64,000 nt of DNA, taken from assembly GCF_009914755.1 (NCBI RefSeq), contig NC_060947.1, one strand, 5' to 3'. The notes under the pieces are model-generated. The model ran no database searches and was not told the DNA's origin. It saw only the letters and a program-made list of their open reading frames with translations. Made by a program: the position numbers and the translations under genes. Below are positions 58,624 through 64,000 of the stretch, piece after piece. This stretch comes from the human T2T-CHM13v2.0 reference genome, Homo sapiens. Each line of letters opens with the position of its first letter. Position 1 is the first letter of the stretch.

Positions 58624-59594
58624 CTACAAATTTCCTTAAATTGAGTATTCATCAAGACAAAGAACTCAGTCTCACATTTCCCAGATAAGGTTATTCATGA
58701 GATTTCAATTAGCTGACCAACAAATTATAAAGTCACCAGCAAGGAATAAAACAAGATTGTTTTGTCAACCAATGATGGACACTTTGGATTATGTTATGTT
58801 TTAATGGTCTACACACCATAAAGACAGCTCTCAAATACTTCCTAAAAATAGCTTAAAAACTTTGTGATAAAGCCAACATATAGTTGAGTAAATAACAAAC
58901 ACAGATCTACAAATTATACAAATGCACATCTTAGTTTCACTCTGAATAATGTTTTCTACTAATCAGTTAGTACTATGAAGAGGTTCTGAACAATTGACAG
59001 AGCCAGGGCAATGTCGAAATACAGCTTAGAAATGTACCAAGATGCATTCTAACAATCAAGGATATTTTCTTCCTTTTTGATCAGCAACACCCAATCCAAT
59101 CATTGATTATTTTAGACCTAGTGGAAAGGAGCTAGCAAAATGCATGAAGAGGAGGTTTCCTAAAGCTGTTAAGGCCAATGTTTTCCATAATACAGCAAAT
59201 TTTAAATAAATAAATATATGTATACATAAATGTACAATAGTCCAAATATATTTGCAATGTAAAAACAAAATGCTTGAAACTATAACATATATTTTTAATC
59301 TAAAATATGAATACATGCTAAGTAGTCAGATCTTTTCCCCTTTAACCTCACATTTTGGGGAGGAGGTGGGTAATCCATTGAAAAATCTGCAGCCATAACA
59401 GTTGTTTTAGATCAGCAGTTGTGCTTCAGAAGGGGATGAACTTTCCCCAGTTCTGAAGCCCTCAAGCTTCTATTAACAACCCATAGACCACAATTAATTG
59501 CATTGTCCTGCCTAACTGCAAATGGTCTGAATAATGTGGGAAGCATATGAATCTGATGAGCAGTTAGTATCTCTAGCACAGTTCCTTCCAGGTT

Positions 59595-60090
59595 TTTAAC
59601 CCTGACCAAGTCACTTGACCTCTCTATGCTGTATTTTCCCTATTTGTAAGATGAAGTATATAATAGTACCTACCTTAGAGCACCAATGTGAGGGGTCACA
59701 TGAGTTAATAAATGAAAAGTATAGTACAGAATATAGCATGTAGCTCTCATTTTCCTATTCTTAACACATTGATTTGCTGACAGTCTGGATATATGACACT
59801 CTTCAGACAGAGTATTAAGTAGCAAAAGAGTTATCCTACCTACTCCAAGCAACTAGCTAAATTATACATGACCTGGAGTCCGTAAAACCATATTAATGGG
59901 ATGTAGGAGACCACATGACCAGACAAATAGGAAAGCCACAGTTAGATGGGCAGATAGGATTTTACAGTACTGCTGATTTTCGGTTAGAAAGTATGATGAC
60001 AGAATGAAGATAAACAATAGTTTGGAGTCAAATCTGAACTTGAATCCTGGCTCTATCACCTATAATTGCGAGACCTTTTACAAGTCCATG
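59595..60090 (+). mobile_element. Two MIR fragments (59595-59745, 59985-60090)
   Basis: caagtcacttgacctctct..taatagtacctacct; tttggagtcaaatctgaacttgaatcctggctct. Confidence 0.7.
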
Positions 60091-60118
60091 AAAGGGTCTT
60101 TATAAGAACCTTGCCTGA

Positions 60119-60229
60119 GGCTGGGCACAGTGGCTTACACCTGTAATCCCAGCATTTTGGGAGGCCGAGGCGGGCAGATCGCAAGGTCAGGAGATCGAGA
60201 CCATCCTGGCTAACATGGTGAAAACCCGT
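60119..60229 (+). mobile_element. 3'-truncated young Alu (Y/Sc-like left arm only)
   Basis: gagatcgagaccatcctggctaac; ends abruptly at aaaacccgt with no linker, right arm or tail. Confidence 0.9.
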
Positions 60230-61176
60230 GTTAATTTGAAGACTGCCAGGTTAGCACGGATAGGGGATTATTGTTTCTCTAGGAGAGGCATAGAAAGGCC
60301 TAAATGGAAGCAAAGCAGTACCCAGGTAGGGTTATAGCTTAGAGTCAAGAGGTAAAGGTATGTTACTGAGGGACTAGAACCAGAGACATGGTAGCCTACT
60401 CAAGGCATCTGTAACTGGAAATGCCAGAAACAATATAAATCCAAAATTCCTTAGGTGAGCAGAGTTAAACCCTGGGAATTAGGTGCAAACGACAAGTCCA
60501 AACAATCAGAGACAGGATTGGATTGATGATGAAGTTGAAACTTTAGAATTAAATGAAGAAAAGTTGGAAGGATTTCAAGTTTTCAAACATGAAAAAAATT
60601 CAGTACAATTGCTAAACATCAGTCTCCTCATTTATTAACCAGTGGAAATAATAACTACCTACAAGGGTGGCCAAGAAGTTTCACTTGGAATAATAAACAT
60701 AAAACACATACTAGGATCACCAGCTGGTAATAGAAAATAAATGGTCATGCCCTTGTACTTAAAGGTAGTTCAAACCTATTTCTGGAAACATGATTCTACA
60801 TTCATTAACTCATGTCACTACTGATGCAAAATGCTTGGGACCTGCATGATGACAAAGCCTTCCAGTCCTAATGATGGCAAATACCATGGGCAGAAAACAA
60901 CACTGTGAATCTCTCCAACACCATCAAGGTTTTTCTCTTCTTTTCTCACTCTAGGGAAAACCTGTACACTCTCTGTACCTTTCTCTCTACCTGGCTGTCA
61001 TCTGCTTCTCCCACTGTTTTTTTACCCATTTCCTTTAGCGAGACAATATTTCCCAATGATGTAATGACAAATAACTCTCTGAGATAGCCAAGTGTGGTCC
61101 CTGAAATTCACAGACGAAAAGGGTTATACTGGAAGTAAAAATAACACTTGATTACAATACTGTCCATCTCCTAAAG

Positions 61177-61458
61177 CAGGGGTCCCCAGCCCAGGGACCA
61201 CAGACTGCCACAAGTTCGTGGCCTGTTAGGAACCTGGCCACATGGCATGAGGTTAGAAGCTGAGCTCTGCCTCCTGTCAAATCAGATCAGCAGAGGTATT
61301 AGATTCTCATAGGAGCGTGAACCGTATTGTGAACTGTGCATGCGAGGGATGTAAGTTACACACTCTTTATGAGAATTTAATACCTGCCCCTGAATGTCCA
61401 TGGGAAAATTGTCTTCCATGAAACTGGTCCCTGGTGCCCTAGAGGTTGGGGACTGTTG
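61177..61458. mobile_element. MER1B (hAT-Charlie) fossil
   Basis: TIRs caggggtcccca / ttggggactgttg; 8-bp near-TSD tcctaaag/ttctaaag. Confidence 0.9.
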
Positions 61459-62199
61459 TTCTAAAGAATTATCATTGCTGGGTGTTGTTTTTAGGTCTGA
61501 ACAGAGAGAATCCAAGGTCACCATTTGAAGGAGTAGACTCATACAACAGCCTCACCTTCATCTATGAACTTCCAAGTACACATAATTAGAACTTCCATTT
61601 TGTATATATCTTGAAAATTTAGAAATATCCAGAAAGATCTGCTAATCCAATTCTCTCTTTTAAAGATAAAGAAACCAAATGAAAGACACTCACAAACAGG
61701 GCTTGTGTTACCCTGTTCATATTCACACTCATAGAACGATGCACTTTCCACTATACCACATCACCTCTCTCCTCTACATTTTACTCTGAAACATAAGAGA
61801 GTACTTTTAGGGTTTCAGTAGTTCTGTGAGCTTCTTTCCCTAGCTGGTTAAGAAAACTTTGTCATGACTTTGGCTATTTATTTAATTTCACAATGATTAA
61901 AGTTGAAATTTGTTACAAGCTGGCTGCAGCAACCAGTCAGAACAATCACTAATTCTTTCCAAGATCTCATTGAATTTCTATGGTTCTTGCTGGAACTGCA
62001 TTTAAGTATTCAAGGGAGAAAAAACAAAAGTAACATCTCAATTCAATAAGAAACTGGGTTTACACCAACAGTGATAAAAAAAAAATAGCAACCTTTCCCT
62101 GTGGGTTCATTTTTTTTCCTGCACTGACTGAATATGGTAAACTTCACAAAATACATCTATGGATGTATGCAAGTGGACAAGTCTATTGGGAGGAAAGAG

Positions 62200-62247
<48 letters not shown>

Positions 62248-62257
62248 GAGAGAGAGC
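62200..62257. repeat. Compound (GT)n(GA)n microsatellite
   Basis: Direct reading of the sequence. Confidence 0.95.
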
Positions 62258-62377
62258 GATTACATGAGTTTATTGATTGATTTGAAATAAAAGACATATT
62301 TTGTTTTTATAATTAAGTATTGAGGAAATAATCATATTCACCTTGCCATAGAGAGTCTAAATGCCTATGTGAATCAC

Positions 62378-62458
62378 CTTCATAAAGTTAATTTCAGGAT
62401 TAGCAATAACAGAAGAATAAAAGACCCAAACGGTACCGAAGACTGCTATGGTTATGAA
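62378..62458 (-). CDS. Candidate 81-nt exon (FITIAVFGTVWVFYSSVIANPEINFMK)
   Basis: catattttag acceptor, AAG|gtgatt donor, phase 0-0, in frame with candidate exon 58565-58623, retained CpG pair. No homolog recognised. Confidence 0.25.
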
Positions 62459-63443
62459 CTAAAATATGTTCCCCTTTAAACAGTGAACTAATGCCAAAAC
62501 TCAAAACTGTTTGTATTTATATTACATAATGTAAATTAGATTTACATTACATCATTTACATAAATGATTCTATACACAAAACATTCATGAGAAGTTGGAT
62601 GAGAGTTTTTCAAATTGACAAGTTTGCACCTAGACTGATAGAATAAATGAATACAGCATTTTACATGCATAAACTGTGGAAAATAATAACTACCTAGCAA
62701 GGTAGTCATCAAAGATGTAAAGAGAATCGTAAATATAAAGCACATAGTAGGATCATCAGCTGATAACATAAATGGTCATTGCCTTGTCCTCAAAGGACTA
62801 TTCAAATCAGTCCTTAAATCTTTGACATTTCAAGGAATGCATTTCCGAACAATAACTCATCAATTTAGAAAATGTATTCAGTGCAAGGTAAATTTGTTTC
62901 TTCTATAAGATTTTAGTCAATAACACAGTAACTCATTTCCATTCCTGAATCCATGCTTTTCAACAAAGTGGATAGAAACAGAGCTGTCCTCTCACCTCCC
63001 TTATCGGTGCCAATTCTGTTCCCTCTACCCAGTTGCCAATTCTCAGATACTTTGAGAATCTGAGTATTCTCTTTCCCCTGGCCTTTACTCTTAGCTGGAT
63101 ATCATTATTTCCCCAAAGATATCAATTGATGATAAATTCTGCTATTTATTTCCTGGAGTCATTTGCATTTCTTTGAAGACTTTGAAAGGCAGAAAAACAT
63201 CTGAGAGCCAAATATATCCATTTTTAATAATGGAAGCAATGTAATTTGCAGGAAGTTTACTGTAACTCCACCCATTTTCATCCCAGTATCAGGACTGGGA
63301 GTAGAATCCTAGATGGGTCAGAGGATTGAAGAATCTATACAGTCTACTCTGAAATTATTTGTGTGAGTCAGTTTCCCCCTACAAAAAGGCTAGCTCTACC
63401 TTTGTGCTAGAAGGGCTAGATTTCACAGTAAGTTGCACTTTCT

Positions 63444-63766
<323 letters not shown>

Positions 63767-64000
63767 TTACCTACATTACTTTTGCAAACCCAGCCAGAAA
63801 AATGAATTAGTAAAGTAAATTTATTTATTTAGATAAGAATAAATCAAACCACAGAACTTTCAAATAGGACTAACAGTAATTTCTAGTAGGCGTGGCTAAA
63901 GAGTTCCTAGTTCCTACTTAAAATTTAGTTGGGAGTAAGGGAATAGGAGGGAATACTGCTTAAATGACAACCACCGGGCATTCATGTAATAATACTTTGA

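Overview
Primate (human-like) nuclear genomic DNA, AT-rich and dominated by interspersed repeats. It contains AluJ/S/Y and FLAM SINEs, MIR, L2, an L3/CR1 relic, many L1 fragments, and two full-length decayed L1s arranged head-to-head (41066-47931 minus, ~49833-56662 plus). It also has a complete THE1-type MaLR element, a 5'-truncated HERV-L (dUTPase region plus MLT2A LTR), MLT1 LTRs, and MER5/MER58/MER1B/Tigger3 DNA-transposon fossils. No intact protein-coding gene, RNA gene or CRISPR array is recognisable. The long ORFs in the track are L1, ERV-L or Alu remnants, or AT-rich chance ORFs. Most L1s lie on the + strand and several small AG..GT-bounded segments lie on the - strand, so the window may be intronic sequence of a large minus-strand gene that I cannot name. 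The most notable observations are four. (1) A TSD-flanked, polyadenylated orphan retro-insertion (58232-58569) whose TSD duplicates a candidate splice donor. (2) A probable L1 3' transduction nested in an old L1 (53648-53830). (3) A perfect 34-bp inverted repeat in unique DNA (918-951/1825-1858). (4) An L1MB-type element whose 5' and 3' ends are joined directly. Repeat subfamily calls are from visual recognition, not from RepeatMasker.
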